Both the position numbers and the translations under genes were made by a program. 64,000 bases of DNA from the NCBI RefSeq assembly GCF_964355755.1, contig NC_092674.1:7564001-7628000 (forward strand), given 5' to 3'. The notes beneath the pieces were generated by a model that was given only the letters and a program-made list of their open reading frames with translations, had not been told where the DNA came from and ran no database searches. The first letter of the stretch is position 1, and each line of letters starts with the position of its first letter. The DNA is from Antedon mediterranea. Taxonomy: Eukaryota; Animalia; Echinodermata. Positions 11,586 to 25,478 of the stretch are shown here, one piece after another.

Positions 11586-13375
11586 CGGCGCCCCTGCCTT
11601 TGAGCTAAAACACAACCCTGGATAGAAAGGTAGGGTGCCCCAAACCCTGCCAAATACCTCCATGTATTTCCAACAATAGCCAGGTTGACCATTACAAAGA
11701 AAATCTCACACAGGGTTTCTACCAGTACATGGGCAGCGTGAACAATTTGTTGATTAAAGCTTATAGTTCCCACTTGGGCGCAACGGAAGCGTTAAGCACA
11801 TGGGAAAGTGATTTGACCAATCACGAAGCGTATATCATCCGAACATTTGCTTGTGATTCGTCTCAACTCGCTTGCGTTTTGCCTAAGTCGCCTTCACTTC
11901 CCCTTTGAAAATGTCATGCCTCTCCAATTCACCAGAATCTCCGCCATTGCTTATATACATATATATTTGGCTTAGGCGTATTAGATAGTTGTACCACGGC
12001 AAAGATTATACATTTTTTAAATAAAAATTAATATGTTTTCTAAGCTTATTTGCTGTATAATTTCTAGTTTTCTGGAACCTTTTTTTTCCTGGAAAAGGGC
12101 CCGGTCGTTGTTTCCTGTCTGAGCTACGAGTTGCTGTGGTTGTACTTTATCATGGCTATTTTTAGATCATAAGCAGTTAGAATAATTGCATAGTTTTATG
12201 ATGAATTAATAGCATTAAGATTTAATTATGAAAACCGATTCAATCAGGATTGTGACTGATGTGTCTGGATGCGTGGTGTCTGTCGTCGGCCTATAAATAT
12301 CGAACTTTAATGACACATTAATGAATATATCGATACCGTGAATGAAATCAAAATGGCGGCTGCGACGATACAAATGTTGAATGATGATAATATTTTCATG
12401 AGTTGAAAGACTGTTCTGTTTAACAAACACTAGCACGTTGGTGCGCATCGAATAGTGACGTCACGATCCAACGCAAGTGACTGGACCAATCGCAAACCAC
12501 AGTTTCGATGATCAATCGCGTTGTGAATGGTCAATTTCTTATATAATCCTTTCATTGCTTCCAAGCTTTAAAACTTTCCATTCAGTAAAACTAATACTAA
12601 ACGGCACGTGATATGAAAGTAACCAATCAGAATAGTAAGAATATATACTCAGGCGTATAACATTGTATATTCTATAAAGTGTAACTCGTTATTAATTAAT
12701 TATTTAAATATTCAATGATGATGAAACTTCCCACACATTGTAGTCAACTGACAAATACATGAATTGTTTACGATTATTATCGACATAATCTGATCGTAAA
12801 CAATTTTCTTTCGAGCGTTGACCTTTCATAGGCGTCTATCTAGTTTATCAATTATTATTTCTCCACTTTTCTTAAACGTCCAAAAAGTTTAATCAACTTC
12901 AACTAATATATTATATTATTCACTTTACAAGGAAACTTCAATGTTATCTGATAGATGATTTGTTTAGAAGAAAACGACACAACTAATAATATATAGCGAG
13001 TTGCTAATTGAGTCGACGTAAACAAACGACAAGTGCAAATTTCAAACAATAATTATAAATGTTGCAGGCAATGTGGATAAGATAATCTATTTGATTTGAA
13101 ATGATTTTAATCTATTTTTAGAGGTACTACAACAATTGTTTGATAATCGTCTTAGGCTTTCCTGAATAAATTAATTGGAAAAATGTAAGCAGCTCAATCT
13201 ACTTGATTAAGATGAAATAAATAACATTTCACGGTTAATTAAAAAAACAAATTAATGATAAAAGAGTACCTTTACGTGCGTTTCGTGTTTAATTTTACTT
13301 ACATTTGCCTCTCTCACATTCGGGTGTAAAAATGGGTACCGTACCTGGTTCAGTCAAACACATCTGCGCTGATTA

Positions 13376-13535
13376 AGCTTGTTTTCCACTAAAACGCACA
13401 AGCACGTAAGCACAACGCAAGTAACTTGACCAGTCACTACGTGATGGATAATCATCTATCAATGAGTTGTGATTGGTCAAATTGTTTTTGGTTGCTCTTA
13501 TGTCCTTGCGTTGCGTCCTAGTGGTAAGCAAGCCT
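13376..13535. mobile_element. Degenerate Harbinger-type MITE family A
   Basis: agcttgttttccacta..tgaccagtca..tgattggtcaa..ctagtggtaagcaagcct; abuts the next copy. Confidence 0.65.
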
Positions 13536-13537
13536 TA

Positions 13538-13716
13538 AGCGTGGTTCCCACTAGCGACGCAACGCAGAGACGTAACGCAACGCAAGTGAATTGACCAATC
13601 ACAAGCGATGGCTTATTCGCTTGTGATTGCTAACTGTCTATAACTTCGCTTGTCATTGGTTAAAATGCTTGCGTTGCGTTTACGTCCTTGCGTTACGTTC
13701 TAGCGGGAACCAAGCT
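13538..13716. mobile_element. Harbinger-type MITE family A, full length (179 bp)
   Basis: TIRs agcgtggttcccactag / ctagcgggaaccaagct, TTA TSD (13535-13537 and 13717-13719); near-identical to 34849-35027. Confidence 0.9.
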
Positions 13717-14458
13717 TTAGCTGCAACATTATGAGTGCTGTCCATACGTGTTTGTTTTACTGATTGAGGTGATATTGTGAAGCCGTTTAGATGATTAGAC
13801 AAGTCAATTCAACTTCATTTAACCATGGAGGCCCAGATCCACACATGCTTGTTCTTCCCTGGGGCCATGCACATACAACAAAATACAAATACACTTTCAA
13901 CAATGTTTTTACAATATTTATGTATACAGTGTATAACTATATATTTAAAAGTTTAATAAAGTTATGTTCAAATAAGCGCTATATAAGATCAAGTTAGCTA
14001 ACTTATTTCACCATGATAGCATATTAATTTTATTACTACAACAAAAGTCGGATATTTCTCTCGTAATTTCGATCTTTCCGTGTATTATTTTTGTATCTCT
14101 ATTGAAGTTCTTTTCCACTGCAGAGACAACACCATTGTCCCCACCCCTCTTGCAATGCCCCTGTATAAGTGATAATATATCTTTTCATTTCATAACATAG
14201 GTCTTAACACTCAAATGATCGGGTTTCAAGATATGCAATTTATACAAATAATTCAGTATTCACAATTAAAGACTGCTCTTACTTATATCTATTTTTAACG
14301 TTATTAACTAGAAACATCGATATTACTACGTTTATATAAACATAATTATTTCTGAATAATGTCATTATGGCGTTTGTCATTTTGTTCAGTATCGATTTGT
14401 TCTATTTTAAGAGAGCAACAATTAAGTTGTACAGTTTAATACTTGTCTTTATTATCTG

Positions 14459-14850
14459 TAATTTCTCTTCTCTGGTTTTTGTTCTAGTTTCCTTCCTCCT
14501 CTTAAGAACATTTCAAATAAATTAATCACTCAGAAACTGATACAAAATTGCAGAGAGCGTCAGAGGGTTTGTGCCATATAAACTCGAGATTATAATAAGC
14601 TTTTGTGACGCGTGTAACATGCGAGCCAATGGTAAGCCTATACCGCGCTAATTTCTTCTCTGGTTTTTGTTCTAGTTTTTCGTCCTCCTCTCGGAAGAAC
14701 GTCTTAGATAAATAAATAAATTAAGCATTCGAAAATTGAGGGAAAAAACTTGGTAAAATGTAGAAAGCAACAAATGGCGTGCTATTTAATATTTTGTCCC
14801 ATATTAAAGATACTAATAACTCGAGATTTTAATAAGATTTTGTGACGTCA
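14459..14850. repeat. ~190-bp degenerate tandem duplication
   Basis: ttctctggtttttgttctagttt..cctcctctc..aactcgagatt.taataag.ttttgtgacg occurs twice. Confidence 0.7.
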
Positions 14851-15485
14851 CAAAACGAATCCAACAGTGAGCAACTCGCCAATTACATTTACACATAAAA
14901 TCATTGGCAAATATTTTGTATGTTGTAAGTTTTTTGCAAAGTATGAACACTGTTGTTCTGTAGACTTCGGTCATTCGTTTTGTGCGACCTAAATAATAAA
15001 TAATAAATGATAAAGTTCATTGTTCTAAACTATTATTAGTCTGAAGTCGTTTTTAATATGGAAACAAAACGAAATAAGTACGTATAGTGTACTTTCCCTT
15101 GGTGCTCATTATTTGTTTGTAAATTCTTTCCCGCCATATTCACAAGAGAGCCATAATACAAATAATGTCACAGCAACAAAAAAATCAAACATACAAAATA
15201 AATACTAGTCACGTTTAATCTAATTCTAGTTTTCTTCACGTCAATGTAATAAAAGGTCACATGCATGTGTACACGCACACACACGCGCACGCACAGACGT
15301 AGGGAGGACATGTCATGTAATTTTATAGGACACGATACAGTTTACTGTTATTAATGTAAGATGAAGAAAAAGAAAAAAAAACAATATTCCTTTTAATTTG
15401 CGATGAAGTAAAAAATAAAAGGTGGGATGAATTAAAACTTAATATTGTTTCATACTAGGACGCAATGATTGCAATTGCAACGTAA

Positions 15486-15608
15486 AGCTCTGTCTACACT
15501 AACTAGTTTGAACAAAAATGTGTGATGTGCTCAAATACGGTAGTAATATGACATCACCGTGTCCATATATGGGCACATCACATAAAGTTTGATAGTGTAG
15601 ACAAAGAT
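15486..15608. mobile_element. Harbinger-type MITE family C
   Basis: agctctgtctacacta..tagtgtagacaaagat with TAA flanks; same family as 25328, 27543, 50313 and the 52.9-kb array. Confidence 0.75.
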
Positions 15609-15702
15609 TAAGTAATTTGACCACTCACGACGTGGTGTGAGTGGGAACAATACAGTAGAACCATTTCTTTGGGGCATAAGTTAAATTCATGTTAAATTTA
15701 TG

Positions 15703-16795
15703 CAATTTAACTTGCTAACCCCTATTAAGGGGACACCCTTTTAAGAGTACACGTTCCTGTGAGACAGTTCTGTAATTTAACTGGCTATCCACTATTAAGG
15801 GGACACCCTTTTAAGAGGACACTTTCCTGTGAGACAGTTCTGTAATTTAACTGGCTATCCACTATTAAGGGGACACCCTTTTAAGATGACACTTTTCTGT
15901 GAGACAATTCTGCAATTTAACCGGCTAACTCCTATTAAGGGGACACCCTTTTAAGATGAAACTTTCCTGTGAGACAATTCTGCAATGTATCTGGCTAACT
16001 CCTATTAAGGGGACACCTTTTTAGGATACCCTGTGAGACAATTCTGTAATTTAACTGGCTAACCACTATTAAGGGGACACCCTTTTAGGATACCCTGTGA
16101 GACAATTCTGTAATTTAACTGGCTAACCTCTATTAAGGGGACACCCTTTTAAGATGACACTTTCCTGTGAGACAATTCTGCAATTTAACTGGCTAACTCT
16201 TATTTTAAGAGGACACTTTCCTGTGAGAAAGTTCTGTAATTTAACTGGCTAACCACTATTAAGGGAACACCTTTTTAGGATACCATGTGAGACAATTCTG
16301 CAATTTAACCGGCTAACTCCTATTAAGGGGACACCCTTTTAAGATGAAACTTTCCTGTGAGACAATTCTGCAATGTATCTGGCTAACTCCTATTAAGGGG
16401 ACACCTTTTTAGGATACCCTGTGAGACAATTCTGCAATTTAACCGGCTAACTCCTATTAAGGGGACACCCTTTTAAGATGAAACTTTCCTGTGAGACAAT
16501 TCTGCAATGTATCTGGCTAACTCCTATTAAGGGGACACCTTTTTAGGATACCCTGTGAGACAATTCTGTAATTTAACTGGCTAACCACTATTAAGGGGAC
16601 ACCCTTTTAGGATACCCTGTGAGACAATTCTGTAATTTAACTGGCTAACCTCTATTAAGGGGACACCCTTTTAAGATGACACTTTCCTGTGAGACAATTC
16701 TGCAATTTAACTGGCTAACTCTTATTTTAAGAGGACACTTTCCTGTGAGAAAGTTCTGTAATTTAACTGGCTAACCACTATTAAGGGAACACCTT
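15703..16795. repeat. Minisatellite of 70/64-bp monomers with higher-order structure
   Basis: About 16-17 units of tattaaggggacaccctttt(aagatgacactttc|aggatacc)ctgtgagacaattctgcaatttaactggctaac; a ~390-bp block is repeated (15921 vs 16443). Confidence 0.95.
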
Positions 16796-17737
16796 TCTTG
16801 TAAAACGGATGAGAGGGAACACTACCGCCAACCGTATTCAGAGAGACACCTGAATACAGTAGAACCCCTATTAAACATACACCTTCAGAGCCAAAATGTA
16901 ACCTTAAATGGGTTCTCTGTGTTCTGTTTACATAACATAGTTTGGCACACGAACATCTCGTAGGTATACAGCGTCAAAGATCGTACCCATGTGTAACAAC
17001 GTTTAATAACCCCTGGAGCCTGAATTTCACGATTAACAAATGCTTGCGTAAATCATGAACATTTTGTTTCTATATTCCAAAATAAGGATATTCTGTCTTG
17101 TCCTTTGAATATTGATGTCCTTGGAATCATCGGGAGTTCATTGTAAAACCGGCCTAGATGTAGTCCGCTAAAAGATCAGCAAAAGCTCCGCGTAGAAAAA
17201 GACACTAAATCCATGTTGATACAAGAACCTCCAGAGATGCCAAGAGTAATAAAACTCGTTTTAAGGTGTAATATATTTATATCGGTGACATAGTCTATTA
17301 TATAAAATATATAGAACTTTTGAGACTTGCATTGAATATTGTTTGAAGCATTATAATATTAAGTATCGGCTATTGTTGGATGACTCGTACCCTCTGTGCC
17401 GAATTAATGCGTGTGTGTATTAATACGCAGTGTATCACTTCTTTGGGACATCCAATCATTGTAGTTAGAAAGGAAAATGTCACAAATGTAAAGAGGTAAG
17501 GGTGCATACTACACTTTTACACATTAACACACAATGATTTCTATGAAATGGTATATGTTAGCTCTGGAATTAAAGTTTCACAATAAACAATATCATTTCT
17601 AAACCAAGAGCTCCTGTTTAACTGTACAATGGAGAGATTCCGATTTAAGACGACCGACAACCTAAGAACGAGTTTGGTTGTCAATGTGTTGTCGGAGCGA
17701 GGAAGCGCGTTTTAACTTCCTCGCATGCGCACTATAA

Positions 17738-17778
17738 TGCGTGGTTCCCACTAGAGACGTCCAAGTGGGAACCAAGCT
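17738..17778. mobile_element. 41-bp minimal MITE consisting almost only of family-A TIRs
   Basis: taa-tgcgtggttcccactag-agacgtc-caagtgggaaccaagct-tta. Confidence 0.65.
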
Positions 17779-19084
17779 TTAATTAACATGACGTAGTTAG
17801 GTTGTCGATCGTCGCAAATGCGCTTACCAATATCTATGCGTTTCATAAATTAACCGGGTTTCATTATATTTACAGAATATTAAACATTGTATAGTTATTC
17901 GAAATCGGCGTTTAAATTATTGATATTTCCATTATCATCTTAAAAAATGTTGACGTAGATCATCAACGTAATTATAAAGTATATAAAGTATTTTAATGAC
18001 GTTGGTACATTGTCCTATTATATGAATTATATACGTTTGTGCATCTTTAATAACTTGATAAATAAATTCGATAAAAAAAAAACATTTTAAAGGACAAAGT
18101 ATAAGTATATTAACCTGGGTCCAGATCTTTTCTGATACCAGAATTATTGTGCTTGTTTGTTTTCTTACCTTAAAAATAGAATGAAATGCGCTATCATAAT
18201 TATAGTTTTAACTCATTGGGAAAAAGAAAAAACTACATTAAAATGTTTAATTTATCCTTATTTGGTACGTATAAATCAAATCAGCTCAACCTTTTCTCTC
18301 TGCTTTTTAATTCTTCCTTATTTTTATGTATGTTTGATTGCAATTTCTTCGGATTGTTGTAAGTTTTCTTATGTCTTATGTCTTATCTGAACTAGAATAT
18401 CTGAGCTATAGAATAAAAGTGATGAATTTTATAGATACTGACTTATCATTTTTATAGATCGATGCAAAATAAAGCCAGCCAGTATAATCATTTATATTAA
18501 AATTAAATTTAATATAATATAATCATATTATATTACAGTAATATAATAGTCAAAACAATCCATAATTTAATTCTTTGTTTTTAGTCAATTTTTATTGATG
18601 AAATGACATAAAAAAAATAAAAACACTTTATGTAAAATATTTGTCTTTACTTTAGTATTGCAATAAATCAATTCACACAAAGGATTTCGTTATTAAAAAA
18701 ATGTGATTAGATCTTTTTCTCCATCTATGCCGGATTATGAACCATAAAACTGTACATTTTTAGAATTTAGTTGTTTGTCGATGCTAGAAGTATTAAGATA
18801 CGAAACTAATTTTACCTTATGTGTTTTCAACAGATCTAAATCATGCTTTGACTGATACATTTATTCGTATTCCTTATCTAATGATAATCCTTCGCTTGGT
18901 AAAGAAAAACTATTTTTATTTTTGTCACTCATTATCGACCACATGTATTAATCCATTGAAAGGTGAAGACAATAAAGACATATCAATTATCATTTTATCA
19001 AATTAAGTTGTTTAAAACCATTCAACATTGGATTGAAATAAAATCTATTAATTTTCAAATATTGCAAGACTACTGCTGCAGTCA

Positions 19085-19163
19085 GTCGTTCGTTCGTTCG
19101 TTTGTTCGGGCGTTCGTTCGTTCGTTCGTTCGTTCATTCATTCGTTCGTTCGTTCGTTCGTTC
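19085..19163. repeat. (TTCG)n microsatellite
   Basis: Direct tandem cgtt/ttcg repeats. Confidence 0.95.
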
Positions 19164-20559
19164 GACGTTGCAGACTTATGCCTTGTATATATGAAGATTC
19201 ATAAAATCAGACTTTGATTAGGCTATTTTGTAGTTTTAACAAAGTCAGTCACTTCCATAGGAAAAAAACTTGAAAAAATAATGTTTTCACTTAATTGTAA
19301 AACATCAAAATAAACGGTTAAATTCAACCAAAAACCCATTGGCTGGCAGCCAATTTACCAATTTTGTGTTGCTTTAAATTACAGTTTTTCAGGTAAATAT
19401 TCTTTTTTCTAGATCCAATTGTTGGTCAAAGTAAATAACTATGTGAAATTTCATATTCAGCAACATTTTTTTTTCGGTAAGACAATATATCTATATATAT
19501 ATATATCCAACATACTTGCCTCGTATATGCTAAATTCGTAGACCAAGTGTGACTTTTTAGACTTGGCCCTCGTACGGTATAGGCTTATATTCGTAGACTG
19601 AGTGTCGGACTTGCGTCTCGTTTAAAACTAAAGCCTCATGCACATCACATACTGATTGTAAATTCAAATACTTGCATGTGAATATTAACGATATGATATA
19701 TATATATATCTATCTATCTTATCTTGCACTGGTGATGAAAGGCTATAGCTCTGCTAACTTTTCTGGCTGTTTTACTTTATCGTTTTGATTTAGCTTTTCG
19801 CTTTTTTTTGTATCTCTGTATTGCGATCTCGCCACTGATACCCCAGCATTGTTATTTTTTTCAGTAATTTGCCTTTGATATTATACAACATAACCGAGGA
19901 TTATCGAGTGTTGTAAAGTTTGGGATATTCAGCTAGTATAGTATTGAACGTAAAGAAGAGATTTGAAAGAGTATTACAACAGAAGAGTGAACAAATTGTT
20001 TTCATCTTATCACTTAACATGATTGATTTTGGTTTTACACCCTCATCCGAGCATCAATTCAATGCAAATCCTGTGTTATTCCATATATTATGTTATACAG
20101 GTATTACCAAACACATAAACGAATTAAATTATTAGATTTGTTTTCAATTTCAAAGTTAGTCAATTTGTCGCTTTGCGTGCCAGTGACAAATGAGTTTTTA
20201 CGGTAATCTTTATTAATTGGTATTGCAATATTTTGACAACACTTTCCATGCTTCTTAGTGATACCGTGAGATACAGATAGATTGTATTTTCAGCCTGCAA
20301 TATATTTTTCGACAATTTTGGTTCTTTCTGAAAAACGAACTTATATACAGTTATGGTTAGTTTTTGGATTAAGTTACGTAATGCATAACGTTTGTCATTT
20401 TCTTATCAGGGCAACTTACTTTTGCAGTTCGTTTATTCAAGGATATGAACGCTAAAATGTTGCCTATTCAAGATAAGGCCACCATTTGGATTTGGTTGGT
20501 GCATGGAGGAATATTTCCTCCATGGTCGGTGGAGATTAAGCCCGTGGCCTTCTTCGTGA

Positions 20560-21418
20560 CTAATCCTTATTTTTTTGGTAACCAATCCTACTAGTGTTCT
20601 TTTCGAGACTATTTCGAGGTTGTTATACAAGCTATAAATACATGGCCTTTATGGGATTTGAAGGTTTTATTCCTTATCTCTTGAAAATTGTTTTAATGTG
20701 AACCTTTGTGGAAATTACTACTAGAACTTGCAACAAACTTCATCTTCCTCAGCCCAAACTTACGTTGCTCCAACACAACGTCCGTTAAGCGTGGTTCCCA
20801 CTAGCGACGCAACGTAACGCAATCTACGCAAAGTAAGAAAATGCCCTTTTAATAATTGTGTTTGCCCCCGCCTGCGTGAAATCAAACCTACGATGTTTGC
20901 AGCACCATATTGCATCGTCGGTTCCCACTTGTGATTACGCAATACAACACTTTGAGTCGATACGTCGCTGCGTTACATTGCGTTGCGTTCTAGTGAGAAC
21001 CACGCTTTATAGAGGTGTTAAATTATATAATGACCTTCCTGAAATCATTGCAACTCCCTCCAGGAAAATTTTCTCTCATAAAGCCAAAAAATTCTTTTGT
21101 CAAATTATGATTTATACATTTTTTTTATACCTTCCTCAGCTTTTATATCACATGATCATTTGTTCTGGTTTTTTTTCGCGTTTTGCTTGCCCTGTCCTGT
21201 CTCTGTGTTTGTGTACGTTAATGACTTTGTAATTTTTATTTATATCATTCATTTAGGGCTAGCTCGCCACAAGGTCTTTTGATTAATAGGATTTCGGTTT
21301 TTTCATCTTGCGTTACTTTTCGAGTTTTGCCCTCTTCCTTCATTTTACAATTTATATTGGATATTTGTTGTTATTTTATGTGAAAGAAATAAATGTTGAT
21401 TTGAATTGAATTGAATTA
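20560..21418 (+). mobile_element. 3' fragment of a CR1/L2-like LINE, interrupted by a MITE
   Basis: Removing 20788-21009 joins ITTRTCNKLHLPQPKLTLLQHNVR to YRGVKLYNDLPEIIATPSRKIF, a typical ORF2 C-terminus; ends with AATAAA and a (TTGAA)n tail at 21387-21418. The left boundary is approximate. Confidence 0.7.
20788..21006. mobile_element. Harbinger-type MITE (subfamily B)
   Basis: TIRs agcgtggttcccactag / ctagtgagaaccacgct with a perfect TTA TSD. Confidence 0.9.
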
Positions 21419-21748
21419 AGCACTAAGTTTTATTTAGCTTAACTGAAGTTATCCGTTGTATGTATTTGAATTAATTGTGGTTTAGCGTTGTATACTTTGA
21501 ACTGTTGTACAAGCGATATCTCACAGCAGCCATTATACAATGTCGTATTAATTTATCAGTTGTTTATATAATGTTCATGCCGCATCCATCATTGTTGGGC
21601 TAGATATACAGTGAACTTTATTAATACAATGAATTATTGGTATCTGGTGTGATGTAATGAGTCCCTTGAGAGCACATATTCATCTTTGGACAATGTGTTC
21701 ATGGATGGCAGTTGTTATTTTTGTGATGTCAAGTCTGTTGCTGAAGTT

Positions 21749-21962
21749 TTCCGAATTCCAATTCACCGAACCCAGTTTGCCGAATTCCAATGCCGAGTCC
21801 GGTTTGCCGAATTCCAATTTTTCGAATTCTGTTTTGTCAAATTCCAATTTTCCGAATCTCAATTTGCCGAGTCTGGTTTGCCGCATTCCAGTTTGCCGAA
21901 TTCCATTTGGCCTAATTCCAGTTTCCGAATTCCACTGAGTTTGCCCAATTCCAGTTTTCCGA
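21749..21962. repeat. 15-bp minisatellite (ttgccgaattccagt)
   Basis: About 14 degenerate units; these produce the repetitive ORFs at 21657-22009. Confidence 0.85.
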
Positions 21963-22492
21963 CGAACGGAAATGACTACCATAACGTCCAAGTCTAAATA
22001 ATATGACACTCAGATTGCCGACTGATGATACAACTTATCTTATCGTATGTAACATATTTTAATCAAGATATTTGAAAGGGCACAATATTGAATACAATTG
22101 AGACAAAAAAAATTGCTTCTAAAAATTCATAACCAATACAAAATAATTTAAAAAAAAAAACAAATTTGGCGCGCCATACTTTTGATATACATCAAGTCCC
22201 TAATAAAGCTATATAGTTATTGATAGATCCGGTATTATCAAAGTGTCTGGGCTGAAAATTGCCTTGTCTCGGATTACTTAATATATAGTACATGATCTAT
22301 CGAAGCTTTTTATCCTATAAGATTGTAAATTCGCCCGAGTACATTCTTATCACATAATCCAGATCCGAAAAGTTGTAATAGAATTACCGTGTCTCGTTTA
22401 CAGATTGTGTTGCATCTTCCCGTCAACCCACATTAAATTAAGCAAAATTGATAAATAGGCATATCCAGCTGTGTCTTATTCTTTTATATTGA

Positions 22493-22530
22493 ACTAGAAG
22501 AAATACCCGCTACCGAGCGGGTATCTCCAT
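22493..22530 (-). mobile_element. Helitron/Helentron-like 3' terminus
   Basis: Perfect 9-bp hairpin atacccgct-accg-agcgggtat (22503-22524), followed on the minus strand by TTCTTCTAGT; the element body probably extends rightwards, 5' end not resolved. Confidence 0.5.
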
Positions 22531-23522
22531 CACCCACCCCAGTATATGGTTTAAAACATTCTTAGTACAAATTCCAGTAATGCTAATACCCCATTACTCA
22601 TAATCCACAACCCATCCAGTGAGTTTTTTCAATGTAGTTTAAACCCTATTCCTGTCATTATACCCACCCCAACACCCAATTCAATTACGGTCATTATACC
22701 CCACTAATCCCAGCCCCACCTAATTTATAAACGGTGAAGATTCGAACCAGAAATATGGATCTCTGCTTATTGATGATAAATAATCCTAAGTATTGAAGAT
22801 ATAGGCCATAGCGATGCAGTATAATATCATTTTAATGATATCTTCAATTTTTTCAAGACTAATAGCGTACAAGGCGCTCCTCATAACAATTAGAATACTT
22901 ATAATCAAAGATGGTTAGATTTACGTATAATACATTGTCGGTAAACTTGTGTCCACACGGGAAAAAATGACGTCCGCTTGGTTTATATGTCAATCGGAAT
23001 AACATTAAAATGTGTCTATTATTAGCTGACGATCGACGACAGGCGGTGTTAATATTAATGGAAACTATGTAATCTTGATGTGACTTGACACTCTAACGAC
23101 TGGTAGGCATTGGAATTAAACTTGACTGTAAAGTACATCTACGTTCTCATTGATCGCAGACCTTAATCTAATGCAAGGCGGATATCGGAGCATTAACGTA
23201 CCGATAGATCCTGAATAGCTATTAATAGATTTTCTGTAGTAACATCTTGTTGAAACCGATTTGTTGTCATAGGTTAACGAGTCTCTGACGTCACCCCACG
23301 CTGGGTTATGATTATGATCTTTAAATCATGTAGGACACATTATATTGAATACCCATAACCCCTTTGGTAACCAGAGTTATTTCTGATATATGATATGCAT
23401 ACCAAAATTATATAGAATAGGTCTACCTGAAATAATTAGTTGAACAGTGTATTAGGATGTAGTGCAATACACGGTACAAACAAATACGGCAGGCTCGTAT
23501 CTTTCTGTTTCTCCATCGCCTG

Positions 23523-23969
23523 AATCATTGTTTTTTTTAAATCATCGTAGTTATTGTCATCCATATCATCGTTGTCCTTATCATTGTCATAACATATCAT
23601 CGTTGTCATTATCATTGTCATCCATATCATCCTTGTCATTACCATCTATATCGTTGTCATTTTTAATGAATCCATATCATCCTTGTCATTATCGTTGTCA
23701 TCCATATCATCCTTGTCATTATTATCATTGTCATCCATATCATCCTTGTCATTATTATCATTTTTATCCATATCATCCTTGTCATTATTATCATTGTCAT
23801 CCATATCACCATCATCATCATCATCATCACAATTATCATCATCATCATTATCATTATCATCATCAACATCATCATCATCATCATTATCATCATCATCATC
23901 ATCATCATTATCATCATCAACATCATCGTCATCATCATCATCATTATCATCATCAACATCATCATCATT

Positions 23970-24015
<46 letters not shown>

Positions 24016-24060
24016 ATTCTAAATCATCGTTAATAACCATCGTTATATCATAGCAATTAT
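23523..24060. repeat. (CAT)n-derived microsatellite with ~33-bp higher-order units
   Basis: tccatatcatccttgtcattattatcattgtca units grading into pure (CAT)n. Confidence 0.95.
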
Positions 24061-25154
24061 CGTCATGTTGCTCTCTCCATGTTAATCATCGTGTTTGTTG
24101 TAGTAGGCCTATTGCATTGCTTGACCAAGAAGATGTTCAATCAATTAACACTTGCTAAGAGAGCATTTTCATTGATGGTAAAACAAAATAATGACTAATA
24201 TTGAATTGACTATAATGGTAATCCAGGACTAAGTACATTTGCACTAACAATTAGGATGGATACACGTAATATATCAGATTTTCAGGCTAAAAAAATCGAG
24301 TCAAAATTTGAACTAACAGACGTTCATTTTACTTAATGTTAAATACCCTCTGGTTTCCCGAGAAACCATCTCATCATTTTCTTGCTTCATTTTACATACT
24401 CTTGTTTATTTGATGAATACAATGTATTTGTATTTGTAAACATAAAGTCACATTACATGTAGTTTTTTTCTTTTATTACTAATATATTCATTTCATAATG
24501 ACATTTCAATGTAGTTGATATTTTACATGTGTTAATATTTTAAATATACCCGAATTGTAGAAAATAGGATAGGAAACGGCAATACAAAAATATCAAAGCT
24601 ATCTGAGCTTAGGAAATGACATGGTCAATTGGCCTACTGCCTTAATTGGTTGTAATACAATTGGTTAAGAGAGTACGGACTCTGATCATAAAATTGACCG
24701 TATCGACGAAGAAGGTGAATATTTAAAAAGTGAATAGTCTAAAAATTAACATACGGTGTGACCGATTGTTCAGCTTGATATCACTGTGATCACGTGTCCC
24801 GAATGATCTCTCTTATTGATTAATTAATGTCTAGGTATACATACAGATTAGAAGTAATGCAGGAGCTGAGCACTAATAGGAAAAAGATGAAATCTGAGAG
24901 TTGAAGCTGTAAAGGTATACAAACGAGGAAACATCGGGCGTTGAAGCATACATACTAAGAAGATGAATAGTGATGCATACATCTTTAACGTCCAAATCAT
25001 TCGCTCGCGTTAAATGATACACGAGGAATTTTCGTGTATGGAGGAGAATATTCATACTCGAATTTTACTTACAAATTATTAGTTAGCATCCAGTATGTTA
25101 TTTTTTTATTAGTGAACGCAGAACTACTAAAACTATACTTATAGGCCTACAATG

Positions 25155-25260
25155 TTTCATTTCATTTATTTATTCGACATCATGTCCTGGGACCCCAAAA
25201 ACAACAGATTCACCATAACATGAAATGTCTGGGGCCCCAGAAGAACTTAACTACATAAAA
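25155..25260 (-). mobile_element. Short 3' end of a LINE/SINE family (second copy at 36215-36312, + strand)
   Basis: Shared ctggggccccagacat..ttttggggtcccag..gatgtcgaataaataaatgaaatg hairpin plus tail. Confidence 0.6.
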
Positions 25261-25327
25261 TTAAAAATCAATATAGGCCTACAGTTCAAAATATATGACA
25301 ATAGCCTGTTCGTAAATACTGGCTTTA

Positions 25328-25478
25328 ATCTCTGTCTACACTATCAAACTACTGTAGTTGACAAAAAACGTGTTACGTGCCCAAACATGGTAGTGATATA
25401 CCCAAATATGGTAGTGGTATGACATCATCATGCCCATATTTTTGTTGTCACATAAAGTTGGATAGTGTAGACAGAGCT
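25328..25478. mobile_element. Harbinger-type MITE family C
   Basis: atctctgtctacactatcaaact..agttggatagtgtagacagagct; TTA/TAA flanks. Confidence 0.8.

Noticed and set aside
19725-19855. Possible Penelope-type end with a hammerhead remnant
   Set aside because: The core is degenerate (ctggtgatga, no GAAA) and there is no supporting ORF.
21657-22009. Pentapeptide-repeat-like ORFs
   Set aside because: Generated on both strands by a 15-bp minisatellite.
23436-24040. His-rich, Ser-rich and Met-rich ORFs
   Set aside because: Translations of a (CAT)n microsatellite; no splice or domain support.
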